Shown here one piece after another: positions 1 through 9,121 of a stretch of 64,000 nucleotides of DNA; the first letter of the stretch is position 1; the number at the start of each line of letters is the position of its first letter. The translations under genes were made by a program, and so were the position numbers. The stretch is taken from the IMG/VR virus record IMGVR_UViG_3300042907_001080, positions 217,659 through 281,658 of that record. One strand, given 5' to 3'. The notes beneath the pieces are model-generated. The model had not been told where the DNA came from, did not search any database, and saw nothing but the letters and a program-made list of their open reading frames with translations.

Positions 1-200
1 CCAGCTTCGTTGAAATCGTCATCACCTTCGCCCTTGTTGTAGCGATCAACATAGGCTTTGTATAATGTTCCGTAGTGATAATCTATGGTTTCTTTGGATT
101 TCACGGGATCGAGATCTTCGCGATCGTATGGCAGTGTCAACTGTATGAGTTTGTCTTTTTTGCCTTCAACAATGAACTTTTGAATGAAATTGTATGCCAT
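1..200 (-). CDS. sod: Fe/Mn superoxide dismutase, N-terminal part (runs off window start)
   Basis: Not in ORF track. Manual translation MAYNFIQKFIVEGKKDKLIQLTLPYDREDLDPVKSKETIDYHYGTLYKAYVDRYNKGEG matches the SOD N-terminal LPY..L.P..S.ET...H....Y pattern. TAAATA lies 5 nt before the ATG. Confidence 0.8.
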   Translation of the reverse strand, partial: MAYNFIQKFIVEGKKDKLIQLTLPYDREDLDPVKSKETIDYHYGTLYKAYVDRYNKGEGDDDFNEA

Positions 201-242
201 ACATGTATTTACCGCATAAATAACCGACAAGGAGATTTTAAT

Positions 243-482
243 ATGCTAGGATTAATCAAGAAACTTTTTGGCAGTAAGCCAGCCGAACCTGTTGCAGTTC
301 CCTACAAGGTAGAAACTCCACCAGTCGAAGTCGCACAACCTTCAGTCGAGCCAACAGCAGCAGAAGTTTCTGCTGAAAACAAAGCAGTGGCAGTGGCAAA
401 AGCCAAACGAGCACCAGCGAAAAAAGCGCCTATTAAGAAAGTAGCAGCGCCGAAGACTCCGCGAAAGCCAAAGGCTCCGTAA
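243..482 (+). CDS. Small Lys/Ala/Pro-rich protein (histone-like tail)
   Basis: MLGLIKKLFGSK start with GGAG SD. C-terminal KRAPAKKAPIKK. The upstream extension to 75 overlaps sod and is rejected. Confidence 0.7.
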   Translation: MLGLIKKLFGSKPAEPVAVPYKVETPPVEVAQPSVEPTAAEVSAENKAVAVAKAKRAPAKKAPIKKVAAPKTPRKPKAP

Positions 483-1503
483 CTTTTTTATCCTGCTCGT
501 AAAGGGCAAATGAGGCTAAATTCTTGGCCTTGCTTTCACACATGATGTCTGCCCACGGCCTATGTGTCAACGCCCACTCATTGACCGCGGTATTCCAATA
601 AAAGCCACTGTGTGCTCTTAGTTTGGCTTTTTTGTAACCTGCTTCTAGGAGGGACGGAAGATCGGGGCGGATGTGTCTGGGATGGTCAATAAGACAGTCT
701 TCCCGTGAAACACTATAATGTATGACAGGGCGCACACCACGCCAGCTATCGATAACCCTTTTAACACGATCATCATTTGCTTCAATGTATTCTCCAGTTT
801 TAATCCAGTGATGATGAATGTCTAGCACCAAGGCACAGTCTTTGACCAATTCAATGCTAGATTCAATACCCCAGGTCATTTCGTCATTTTCAATGGTAAG
901 GCAGTTGCGAGCCTCGGGTGTCATTTTGCTAAGAGCGTCACGAATACCTTGTGGTCCCAGCTTGCCGGAGATATGCACATTGATCTTGAAGTCTTGGAAT
1001 GTTTGACCATATCCCATCCATCGAGCCATGTCCACATGATACTCGAACTCTTCTATACTGCGTTCTACTATGCCCGGGTTAATAGACGCCAACACGCAAA
1101 ACTGGCCAGGATGAAAGCTGAGCCTAACATTATTCTTCCTAGCCACATCACCCACACGGGCAAATCCTCTTTCTGCAAAGGCTCTAACATCGGGCTGCCG
1201 CCAAAACCACTTCCAACTAGGCTCAGTGTATACAGGAAGTATATCACTTGAGAGTCGTACCATTCTAAGATCTTCATCTAATGTTCCTACCCTGCTGACT
1301 AATTTATAGCAGGCTTCTATGTTTCGTTCCATTAACTCCCAAAGACGCTGTTCTGCTTCTTGAGGATGTTCACGCAACCACCTAACTGTGGTAGAGCCTG
1401 TATTTAAGTCACGATCAACAGCATTGATTTTCATGCCGTTGACTTCGGAAGGATCGTTGATCCATTTGCAGGCAAAGCCTAGACGTCTGAGTGTAGTGTT
1501 CAT
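433..1503 (-). CDS. uvsE: UV damage endonuclease UvsE/UvdE
   Basis: RLGFACK, RLSSD, RLSFHPGQF, IENDE, LDIHHHW, RAHS and DIMCESKAK motifs. Confidence 0.93.
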   Translation of the reverse strand: MNTTLRRLGFACKWINDPSEVNGMKINAVDRDLNTGSTTVRWLREHPQEAEQRLWELMERNIEACYKLVSRVGTLDEDLRMVRLSSDILPVYTEPSWKWFWRQPDVRAFAERGFARVGDVARKNNVRLSFHPGQFCVLASINPGIVERSIEEFEYHVDMARWMGYGQTFQDFKINVHISGKLGPQGIRDALSKMTPEARNCLTIENDEMTWGIESSIELVKDCALVLDIHHHWIKTGEYIEANDDRVKRVIDSWRGVRPVIHYSVSREDCLIDHPRHIRPDLPSLLEAGYKKAKLRAHSGFYWNTAVNEWALTHRPWADIMCESKAKNLASFALYEQDKKVTEPLAFAESSALLLS

Positions 1504-1509
1504 ACTATA

Positions 1510-1538
1510 AGTATAACATCATCACTGCCAGTTGTCAA
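1510..1538 (-). promoter_or_regulatory. sigma70-type promoter for uvsE (probably leaderless)
   Basis: TTGACA-N17-TATACT; the -10 box ends 6 nt before the ATG. Confidence 0.75.
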
Positions 1539-2328
1539 CTACAAATTTGTCCTGAACATCCTGTGGATTTGGTTCTCCGTGAAACACAGCTATACTACAA
1601 TCTGGAGGAGGTCGCACATCGTGTTTCACTGTTTTGAATCGCCGTCCGCCATGTGCAACAGTGAGTTCATCTCTGCTGCGTATTTCCCATTTGTAACTCA
1701 TAATCCATTCTTTGGGCCAAAATATCATTCTATCTTTGGCTATCTTCCAAATCCAATCTTGATCTCCTTGCAGCCGTTGTGCCTCCGACGGTTTCGATTT
1801 GAATTGATCGTATATATGACCTTGTGTGCCGTGTGTCCATGCCAACACCGAACTGTTGAGATAATTCCAACTGGGGAAAAATTTTCTATTGAAATCATGG
1901 ATACCTATAAAACTGGTAGGATGATATCCAGTGAGCTTATTCATGTTGGCATGTATGACTACATCTAGATCCAGATATAATATTCTTCCCCTGAGAGGTA
2001 ATGCAGAATCAAACATGTGAACCTTGTGCCACCAACCTCTAGCATAATTGGCGTTGGGTTGATATATTTTACGAACTCCGGCAATATCATGTTGATCGTC
2101 GGTGAGACAGGCAAACTCATAAGGCACTGTGAGATGTCTAGACACCATATTACGTAGACGCTCTACATATTCACGACCATATTTGTTACCGAATCTCACA
2201 CACAGCACAGTGATAGGTTCGTTGAGATCCGAAGGCACTACAAGATCGGGATATTCTCCACGTGCTGCCATTTTGGCAGCTCGCTTTTCAGCCTTGGCTT
2301 GTATGCGTTGTTCTTTTGACAATTCCAT
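1522..2328 (-). CDS. GT-A fold glycosyltransferase (GT8-like)
   Basis: GWWHK, ILYLDLDVV (DxD), NSSV, GDQDWI and VFHGEPNP motifs. Confidence 0.75.
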   Translation of the reverse strand: MELSKEQRIQAKAEKRAAKMAARGEYPDLVVPSDLNEPITVLCVRFGNKYGREYVERLRNMVSRHLTVPYEFACLTDDQHDIAGVRKIYQPNANYARGWWHKVHMFDSALPLRGRILYLDLDVVIHANMNKLTGYHPTSFIGIHDFNRKFFPSWNYLNSSVLAWTHGTQGHIYDQFKSKPSEAQRLQGDQDWIWKIAKDRMIFWPKEWIMSYKWEIRSRDELTVAHGGRRFKTVKHDVRPPPDCSIAVFHGEPNPQDVQDKFVVDNWQ

Positions 2329-3133
2329 CTATGGCTACCAAGTCTTTTAAAATATCACCCAGGTCGTCTAGTTTGATCATATTTGGACCATCGCTAGGAG
2401 CACTATCAGGATCTTCGTGACATTCCATAAAGACAGCTGCCACTGAACCTGTGGCTATAGCAGCTCTCGCCAGGTATGGGACCATGGTCCTATCTCCGCC
2501 AGATCTTTCTCCCATTCCTCCAGGCTGTTGAACAGAATGTGTGGCATCAAAGACCACTGGATAGCCAGTGCTTGCCATAATAGGTAGGCTGCGCATATCA
2601 ACCACAAGATTATTGTATCCATGAGTGTATCCTCTTTCGCATAACATAATGCGTTCGTTTCCAGTTGAAGCAATCTTTGATGCGACGTTTTTCATATCGT
2701 GGGGAGCAAGAAATTGTCCCTTCTTGACATTTATAGCACAGCCTGTAGCACCCGCGGCCAACAATAAGTCAGTTTGTCTACATAAAAATGCTGGAATCTG
2801 TAGTATGTCAATGCCAGCATCTGCACATTCCTTTGCCTGCCAGCTTTCATGAATGTCTGTCAAAACAGGCACTCCGAACGTATGTTTAATCGCATTAAGA
2901 ACATCAAGTCCTTCTTTGATTCCTACACCACGTTTGGTAGAAATACTAGAACGATTGGCTTTGTCAAAACTGCTTTTGTATATCAAAGGAATACCTAATA
3001 ATGCTGTGATAGCAATTAATCTTGCACAAGTATCTTCTGCATGATCTTGACTTTCAATTTGGCAAGGTCCAGCAATTAATACGAACGGAAGATTGTTACT
3101 AACAGAGAGAGAATTAATATTAAATGTATGCAT
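2288..3133 (-). CDS. kdsA: KDO-8-phosphate synthase
   Basis: IAGPCQIES, KSSFDKANRSS, QIPAFLCRQTDL, KKGQF, ERG, DATHSVQQPG and SDGPN. Start placed at MHTF (TAAATA-N5-ATG). Confidence 0.95.
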   Translation of the reverse strand: MHTFNINSLSVSNNLPFVLIAGPCQIESQDHAEDTCARLIAITALLGIPLIYKSSFDKANRSSISTKRGVGIKEGLDVLNAIKHTFGVPVLTDIHESWQAKECADAGIDILQIPAFLCRQTDLLLAAGATGCAINVKKGQFLAPHDMKNVASKIASTGNERIMLCERGYTHGYNNLVVDMRSLPIMASTGYPVVFDATHSVQQPGGMGERSGGDRTMVPYLARAAIATGSVAAVFMECHEDPDSAPSDGPNMIKLDDLGDILKDLVAIDGIVKRTTHTSQG

Positions 3134-3141
3134 ATAATTAT

Positions 3142-3333
3142 TTACCAATGCCTAATGGTGTTGGCAACAATAAAGCAACAGGTTATAACGTGAATGACTA
3201 CCCAAAAAGTTTTTAAGAATAAAACAATTCGAGCTTCACGTAGAGTGAGGATAGGCACATCTGGCCTATCCTCATCAGTTTGTCCCATTCTGTGCCCGGT
3301 TGCCCGAGCCCATATTTTTTCAAAACTATTCAT
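3142..3333 (-). CDS. Small hypothetical membrane protein
   Basis: 63 aa with hydrophobic C-terminus; coupled to queD by a 4-nt overlap. Confidence 0.7.
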   Translation of the reverse strand: MNSFEKIWARATGHRMGQTDEDRPDVPILTLREARIVLFLKTFWVVIHVITCCFIVANTIRHW

Positions 3334-3857
3334 CCTTCGTATATTGCAGAATTACCTGCGTGTTCGAATACTTCGGCAGATTTTAGTTTAACGCCTACGC
3401 CAACAGGATAACGTGCTTCAAAAACACGACCATCAGGATGTGTCCAGCCACGGCCTTCTTGATAAGCAGTTAGAATTTCGTTCATAGTCTTGTAAACTAG
3501 TTCGGCAAACATTTCACAGCCTACACCATCTACAATACGTAGATCGATGATGCCCATGTTTTTAAAACCACCTTGGATTTTGTTTAATTCTACAAATGTG
3601 CCACGTTCTGGATCGTCTTTGCCAATAACTAGTGTATGATCAAATTGCCATTCACTCCATTCTTTGAATGCTTTGAGTCCACCAAAGTCCATGACCCAGT
3701 TGCGATCATCTAAGGTTTCTGATTCAAAGATTAGTTTAATGCCAATGGAGTAACCATGTAGCATAGAACAATGTGAGTGCGTTGAACGCCATTGTCTAAA
3801 ACAGCATGACAGCCCTCTGTCGTTGCCGTAAGTTTTTGTTGAAAGATATTTTGCCAT
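3330..3857 (-). CDS. queD: 6-carboxy-5,6,7,8-tetrahydropterin synthase (QueD/PTPS family)
   Basis: HCSMLHGY, WVMDFGGLK, FDHT and C-terminal EVFEH..NSAIY. AAGGAG SD. Confidence 0.88.
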   Translation of the reverse strand: MAKYLSTKTYGNDRGLSCCFRQWRSTHSHCSMLHGYSIGIKLIFESETLDDRNWVMDFGGLKAFKEWSEWQFDHTLVIGKDDPERGTFVELNKIQGGFKNMGIIDLRIVDGVGCEMFAELVYKTMNEILTAYQEGRGWTHPDGRVFEARYPVGVGVKLKSAEVFEHAGNSAIYEG

Positions 3858-3889
3858 CTCTAGTCTCCTTTATATAGGTAGCAAGTTTG

Positions 3890-3936
3890 ATGACTGCAGA
3901 GTGTTTATAGAGGGATGATGCCATAGAGTCCTCTTT
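3890..3936 (-). promoter_or_regulatory. Candidate preQ1-I-like riboswitch in queD leader
   Basis: Minus strand AGAGG-ACTCTATGGCATCATC-CCTCT-ATAAACACTCTGC: a 5-bp P1 plus A-rich tail resembling the preQ1-I aptamer, between promoter and queD SD. Confidence 0.55.
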
Positions 3937-3950
3937 GTGTGTATTGTAAT

Positions 3951-3979
3951 ATTATATTACATTTCTATTTATAATGCAA
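3951..3979 (-). promoter_or_regulatory. sigma70-type promoter with embedded TATAAATA late motif
   Basis: TTGCAT-N17-TATAAT; the spacer begins TATAAATA. Confidence 0.65.
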
Positions 3980-4562
3980 TGAATTTCACATTATTTTTCT
4001 GCCATTCCGGTGGCATCTGCCAGTCTGGTCTATTATAGATCACAAATGTTGTATCGGGATAATACATGAATACTGCGGCAATTTGATAGACCCAATAGCT
4101 GGGATCTACTGCCTGTGATCCCACTCTAGCATAGTTCACGGTGCCTTTGTAGATATTATTCACACTGTGATCGATCGGATACAGATCAAATCCGATCATT
4201 ACAACTTCTTCGTGTCCTAACATCGCTGACAATAGCACAGCATAACCGCCACTGCCCCAATGTTCAGCTTGATCCTTTTTCGATTCACCTCGGGTAGGCA
4301 CCTCAGGTAGAAGATTGATGTTTTTGTTTTTTCTTATTTTTCTGAAGTAGTGATGCCAATGGTCCCGCACATAGATTTCTGTGTCTTTGGTATTGGGATT
4401 ATTTACAGCTTCGTCAGCCATTCTGCGATCGCAACAGACCAAATGATTGACATTTAGATCTCGATGTATGGCATTACATCCTATAAGAACATGATCGGTG
4501 TATGCGCTGATATCAACGCGGCGTCTACTTTCGCCATTGCCAATTACCAATGCTCGAGGCAT
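3969..4562 (-). CDS. CstII/GT42-like or DUF115-like nucleotide-binding transferase
   Basis: LVIGNGES..IGCN and SGGYAVLLSAMLGHEEVVMIGFD resemble the sialyltransferase/MptE-like fold signature. Confidence 0.55.
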   Translation of the reverse strand: MPRALVIGNGESRRRVDISAYTDHVLIGCNAIHRDLNVNHLVCCDRRMADEAVNNPNTKDTEIYVRDHWHHYFRKIRKNKNINLLPEVPTRGESKKDQAEHWGSGGYAVLLSAMLGHEEVVMIGFDLYPIDHSVNNIYKGTVNYARVGSQAVDPSYWVYQIAAVFMYYPDTTFVIYNRPDWQMPPEWQKNNVKFIAL

Positions 4563-5404
4563 TATTCGATTCTACCGAATCCGTTCCATATTCCAGGGTT
4601 GCCTGGCTGAACACATACCCAACCAATTGACTTTCCTGCTTGAGGTGAACTGTTCCATACGATATCGCCTTCGTTAAACGAACCGCTACTAGGAGGTTCA
4701 TTCCCACTAAGATGCAACTTGTCGTTGAATTTTAATGCACCATTTACGTGTAATGTACTACGAGGATCAGGATTGTTGACATTGATGCCCAGGGAACCTA
4801 TGATTGTGACCTTGGTATCGCCCACCGTCGGATTGCCTATGATAACATTACCGCCAGCTTTGATTTGGATCCTAGCTGTGTTATCGGTTCCTAGTTCTAG
4901 GTCAGTGTAATTATAAGTGCCAATTCTTGCAGTGTTGGTACCTTCTGCACCTATTACTATATCCACATTTTGATCTATGATATTAACAGCAGCTTTGGGT
5001 TGATCTGTTCCAAGCCCTAATCGATCAGATATACTGTCATAAACTAGATATTGATTTACACTTAATCCGCCATCTACTATCAATCCCTTGAGACGACCAA
5101 CTTCTCTTAAACTGCTTTTGGTTACGGTAGGACCTAATTCTTTCTCATCAATTAATTTGATGTTGTTGGTGCTTAGATATTTTCCTTTGGCAAGATCTAT
5201 ATTTTCAGATATAAAAAATCTATCTGGATCGGAATTAAAAATGAACTGTTTATTATGTCCCTGTCCATTCCACAGTATGCCTTTGCCATTGATATCGCCT
5301 TTGATGATGATGTAAGGGAATTCAGCAGAGTCAATTTCTTGACCTTCTTGAAATACTTCTTGCAATAGGGTAGTTAGGGCATTTAATTTTTCTTGGCTTG
5401 CCAT
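4562..5404 (-). CDS. Putative virion fibre/structural protein (paralog B)
   Basis: Beta-rich GLGTDQP/LHVNG motifs and C-terminal GDIVWN..P..GWVC..G.PG.W. Start set at MASQEKL. Confidence 0.65.
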   Translation of the reverse strand: MASQEKLNALTTLLQEVFQEGQEIDSAEFPYIIIKGDINGKGILWNGQGHNKQFIFNSDPDRFFISENIDLAKGKYLSTNNIKLIDEKELGPTVTKSSLREVGRLKGLIVDGGLSVNQYLVYDSISDRLGLGTDQPKAAVNIIDQNVDIVIGAEGTNTARIGTYNYTDLELGTDNTARIQIKAGGNVIIGNPTVGDTKVTIIGSLGINVNNPDPRSTLHVNGALKFNDKLHLSGNEPPSSGSFNEGDIVWNSSPQAGKSIGWVCVQPGNPGIWNGFGRIE

Positions 5405-5405
5405 G

Positions 5406-6500
5406 TTATGAATTTCCAATTTTACCGAAAGGCGACCATATCCCAGGAGATCCGGTTTGAATGCACACCCAACCCACATAAGAGTTCATTCTCGGTTGGA
5501 TGTTCCATATAATGTCACCTTCGTTATACGATCCATTTGTTGGATAAGTGCTGTCGTATTTTTGCAGTCTATTGTTGAATCTCACTGCGCCATTTACATG
5601 CAGATCAACTTCTGGATCCGGAGTCGAAACCCTTACTGAAAGTTTACCATGTACATGTATTTGGGTAGGAGCCAGTTTGGGATTACCTAATATAATATTG
5701 CCACTCGACGAGATGATTATTCTTGCAGTGTTGTCAGTGCCTAATTCTAAATTATTACTGGCGTAAGTGCCAATGAATGCTTTTACGGTGTCTTTGGTGC
5801 CGAGAACTATCTCTACTCCGTCATCTAGGATGCTGACAGCTGCGTTAGGATTTTCAGTGCCTAGTCCTAGTCTGCTAGTGTTGGCATCGAATACCATAAA
5901 CTGACCCACCGATAATCCGCCATCTACTATCAGTCCATTAAGCCGACCAACTTCTCTGAGATTGCTTTTGGTTATAGTAGGACCTAATTCTTTCTCATCA
6001 ATTACTTTGATGTTGTTGACAGTGATGCTTTTGCCTTTGGCAAGATCGATGGATTCAGATGAAAAGAATCTATCCGGACTGGAGTTAAATATAAACTGTT
6101 TGGTATATCCTTGGCCACTCCAAAGCAGTCCTTTGCCGTCGATGGTATCACCTGAAAACACAATAGGCACATCTTTCTCAAATTTGATATCTGCACGTAT
6201 CTCATCCACCTCTAGAATCTTGGTTTTTAGGGTGCCTGCGACTGTGAGATTATCGATGTTTTCTACGAACAGATTAGTGACAGTGACACCATCATTGTTC
6301 ACTGTTAATTGAGTTTTTACAGCGGTATCTGTGATACCGGTGCTGGCAAAGTTATGTATTTTGCCTCCGGAAATATGATCCCCCGATAGAGATCGAAATG
6401 GCATTTTTCTTGCGATTTCTTTGACATCTGGGGCAGCGGTTTGTGCGATCGAGTTGATCTCATCGCCTAGTGCGGCTAATAAATTATTGACATTACTCAT
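5406..6500 (-). CDS. Putative virion fibre/structural protein (paralog A)
   Basis: Colinear with the downstream gene (shared KQFIFNS.PDRFF, ELGPT.TKS.LREVGRL.GLIVDG, LELGTDNTARI). TAAATA upstream. Confidence 0.65.
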   Translation of the reverse strand: MSNVNNLLAALGDEINSIAQTAAPDVKEIARKMPFRSLSGDHISGGKIHNFASTGITDTAVKTQLTVNNDGVTVTNLFVENIDNLTVAGTLKTKILEVDEIRADIKFEKDVPIVFSGDTIDGKGLLWSGQGYTKQFIFNSSPDRFFSSESIDLAKGKSITVNNIKVIDEKELGPTITKSNLREVGRLNGLIVDGGLSVGQFMVFDANTSRLGLGTENPNAAVSILDDGVEIVLGTKDTVKAFIGTYASNNLELGTDNTARIIISSSGNIILGNPKLAPTQIHVHGKLSVRVSTPDPEVDLHVNGAVRFNNRLQKYDSTYPTNGSYNEGDIIWNIQPRMNSYVGWVCIQTGSPGIWSPFGKIGNS

Positions 6501-6522
6501 AGTAATGTATTTATCCGCCAAC

Positions 6523-6549
6523 AAAAAAGCGGACCAAAGCCCGCTTTTT
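6523..6549 (-). terminator. Intrinsic terminator (bidirectional-looking)
   Basis: AAAAAAGCGG-ACCAAAGC-CCGCTTTTT hairpin with A/T tracts on both sides. Confidence 0.75.
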
Positions 6550-6566
6550 ACTGAGAATCTACTTTG

Positions 6567-7742
6567 TTATTGCACTTTAAGTAGCACAGTATCTTCGTTG
6601 ATACGACCGTTGAGTTTGATATCTACGGCCTTGATATCGTCTAGAAACTTGCGTAACTGCACTTTACCTGCAGCCTTGAACTCTTTGAGCTGTTCTTCGG
6701 GCTTGCGCAGAGTTTTCTGCACACTTTTTATTGGATCAAATCCAATAACTGTGGTGCCTTTGACTGCAAGATCGCTGAATTCAGCAGCCATATATTTGCC
6801 CAATTTGCGTGTTTTGACATTAAAGATCCACAGTTCCTTGGCTCCGATGATGTCTTGTGGGTTGATAGACACTAATTTAAGTTTTTCATCCTGCTTGAGA
6901 TACTTCATCTTGGCCACAACTTTGGCCTTGTCAGTGGGCTTTTTAGCACGAGGCTTTTTATTAACCTTAGCCTCTTGTGCTAGCATATCACAGGCTGCAA
7001 GAATTTCGCTATAGAACAGCGTGATCTTCTTTAGATTGGCCTTGCTCAAATGACTATAACCTTCTTTCAATTGCTCGTCTTTGGTAGTGGCTGCTTCCAC
7101 TAATTCGTCATAGTTTCGACTGTATAGTGTTTTAATGATTCGAGCGTGAGCGGCCTTGGCTTGGCGTCCACGTAGAAGATTTAGAAGTTTAAATGCTTTT
7201 GGATCAAATGCATCTGGATCTGTTTGAAAAGCTTCAATAGCATCTTCAATCTCTTCAGTCATGCCTATTGCAACTTCACGCAGTCGTTCTTGGATGCTAG
7301 GAGTACACACTGCGGGTTTGACCTCCACTGCACCTTCTTCGAGTTCAACTTCGTCATGTTTACCTTCTTCGATGATCTTAGCAATGGCTTTGCTTAACCA
7401 TTCTGCGGTATTACGGCCCTCGTTGAAGTCTGCTCTTACTGCTGGCATACCTTTGAGTAAGTTGGCAGCAATGGCACCTACGGTCGTGCCGCATCGATTG
7501 TCTTTGGTATCTTTGAATGCTTTAATAACATCTTTTGGATAGTTCTGGCTGCTCATCCAATTAATAACTTTGGGTTTGAGTTCTTTGCCGCTGGTTTCCA
7601 AACGATAATAACTCATAGCCATCCGGAAATGTCGACTGAACTGGTCAGCAGTCATGATCTCGTGGTCGTCCCATTTTGGACTTAGATCACGTCCTTTGTT
7701 TTGGCGGATATCGATACTTGCTTTTTTCAGTTTGGTTACCAT
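6567..7742 (-). CDS. Hypothetical phage protein
   Basis: 391-aa ORF with GGAG SD and its own sigma70 promoter; C-terminal KTLRKPEEQL..GRINEDT. Confidence 0.8.
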   Translation of the reverse strand: MVTKLKKASIDIRQNKGRDLSPKWDDHEIMTADQFSRHFRMAMSYYRLETSGKELKPKVINWMSSQNYPKDVIKAFKDTKDNRCGTTVGAIAANLLKGMPAVRADFNEGRNTAEWLSKAIAKIIEEGKHDEVELEEGAVEVKPAVCTPSIQERLREVAIGMTEEIEDAIEAFQTDPDAFDPKAFKLLNLLRGRQAKAAHARIIKTLYSRNYDELVEAATTKDEQLKEGYSHLSKANLKKITLFYSEILAACDMLAQEAKVNKKPRAKKPTDKAKVVAKMKYLKQDEKLKLVSINPQDIIGAKELWIFNVKTRKLGKYMAAEFSDLAVKGTTVIGFDPIKSVQKTLRKPEEQLKEFKAAGKVQLRKFLDDIKAVDIKLNGRINEDTVLLKVQ

Positions 7743-7773
7743 AGAGTCACTCCTGTTGTTAAACAATACATAT

Positions 7774-7802
7774 ATTATAGCACCAAATGATGAACATGTC
7801 AA
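7774..7802 (-). promoter_or_regulatory. sigma70 consensus promoter
   Basis: TTGACA-N17-TATAAT. Confidence 0.85.
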
Positions 7803-7993
7803 CCATGATTAAATCGTTTGATTTCATGTAGGTCTCCGTTTTCATCTTCTTGGTAGACCACAGCTTCTGTAATTCCTAATCCAAGATTGGCTTCTGCTAT
7901 TTCCAATGCTTCTTTTCTACTGCTGGTGGTTTCTACCAATTCTTCGTGACCGGCCTCATCCACTGCCCAAACTTCGTAAAGTTCAAAGTTCAT
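7799..7993 (-). CDS. Hypothetical acidic protein
   Basis: 64 aa, AAGGAG SD. Confidence 0.7.
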   Translation of the reverse strand: MNFELYEVWAVDEAGHEELVETTSSRKEALEIAEANLGLGITEAVVYQEDENGDLHEIKRFNHG

Positions 7994-8011
7994 GATACTA
8001 ACACAATCTCC

Positions 8012-8593
8012 TTAAGTAAATTTTTCCCAGTCCCCACCAGGCGCCACCACCCAGCCAAGCTGTTGAAGATCATTCCGGATCTCGTCGGTTATACAGCCTT
8101 CCGGCACATATTTCTCTACTACTGCCTTCCGAGCTTCTTGTTCTTCGGTCAGCTGTTCGTTTTCTTTTGCAGGTGCATAGACGCCAATATCACGAATACC
8201 TGAACAGTACCAATCTATGTAGTCGCCTTTTTGTTGCATGTCAGCAATGATGCCACCAGCACTGCGCCAACTACAACCCCATTCCTCTTGTTTAAGGATA
8301 GGAATAACATCTAATTTAATAAACCCGTTGTTGCACATGGCCGCATATAAGTTTTGGGCGTAGTCATCTCTGGCTCGAACTTTCTCTAAAATCCAATCGG
8401 TGGTTAAGAGATCGTACTCCATATTGTTTACACGGCGTTGGGGATCGTCAAACTTATGATCGTGTTCGTTGATTATCTTTTCAAAAAGATCTAGATAATC
8501 TTCATTGACGGGTTCGCCTTGTTCAGCCTGACGCTTGACATATCCTTGCTTTTGGAAAGAATGCCGTTCAGGGCTGCTTGAAATTTTTGACAT
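8012..8593 (-). CDS. Hypothetical protein
   Basis: 193-aa ORF in tightly packed minus-strand operon. Confidence 0.75.
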   Translation of the reverse strand: MSKISSSPERHSFQKQGYVKRQAEQGEPVNEDYLDLFEKIINEHDHKFDDPQRRVNNMEYDLLTTDWILEKVRARDDYAQNLYAAMCNNGFIKLDVIPILKQEEWGCSWRSAGGIIADMQQKGDYIDWYCSGIRDIGVYAPAKENEQLTEEQEARKAVVEKYVPEGCITDEIRNDLQQLGWVVAPGGDWEKFT

Positions 8594-8921
8594 CTTGTAT
8601 TGCTTTCTTTAGTGTTTCTGCGTAGTTAACTGCCTGTTGTTCGGTCATTATGATGCTGGCTTCGTATTTGACATAGCCTTTAGTTAACAAGATCCAAATG
8701 GTCTGCCAGCGATTGAGCTTCCACCATTCTGATTTTTGTGTGGTATAGGTAGTAACCGTAACATAATGATCGTCAGCTTCAACCCAAACATTGTGATCGT
8801 GATTGGCATCTTGACATTCGCAAACAACTTGATAGGTAATAGCATCGCCCCAGTCGCTGCGTTTCAATACGCCTTCTGCTGGAGTTTGTGGTTTAAGTGT
8901 CGTTAAAGGTTCGGACATCAT
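8568..8921 (-). CDS. Hypothetical protein
   Basis: Overlapping operon gene; CEC..HDH possible metal site. Confidence 0.7.
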   Translation of the reverse strand: MMSEPLTTLKPQTPAEGVLKRSDWGDAITYQVVCECQDANHDHNVWVEADDHYVTVTTYTTQKSEWWKLNRWQTIWILLTKGYVKYEASIIMTEQQAVNYAETLKKAIQDVKNFKQP

Positions 8922-9120
8922 TTCTTCTTTCATATATGCTTTTTACCATACGTTGATAGTCTTCTTCCGGCAACACAGTTCTATACATGCTGAGAGCCTG
9001 TGTGACCATGATACCGGCTATCTCTATGTCTTTATATTCTTCCATCATCACGCTAGTAAACTGTAGATACTTGGTATATAGGTCTTCAATACTGTGTTGA
9101 TTTTTATCAGATATACTCAT
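8893..9120 (-). CDS. Hypothetical protein
   Basis: 75 aa, tightly packed. Confidence 0.7.
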   Translation of the reverse strand: MSISDKNQHSIEDLYTKYLQFTSVMMEEYKDIEIAGIMVTQALSMYRTVLPEEDYQRMVKSIYERRNDVRTFNDT

Positions 9121-9121
9121 A

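Noticed and set aside
75-242. N-terminal extension of ORF 75-482
   Set aside because: Overlaps the antisense sod gene; a good SD precedes the ATG at 243.
6421-7014. 197-aa plus-strand ORF and similar antisense ORFs across the window
   Set aside because: Shadow frames of well-supported opposite-strand genes, with no motifs or SD.
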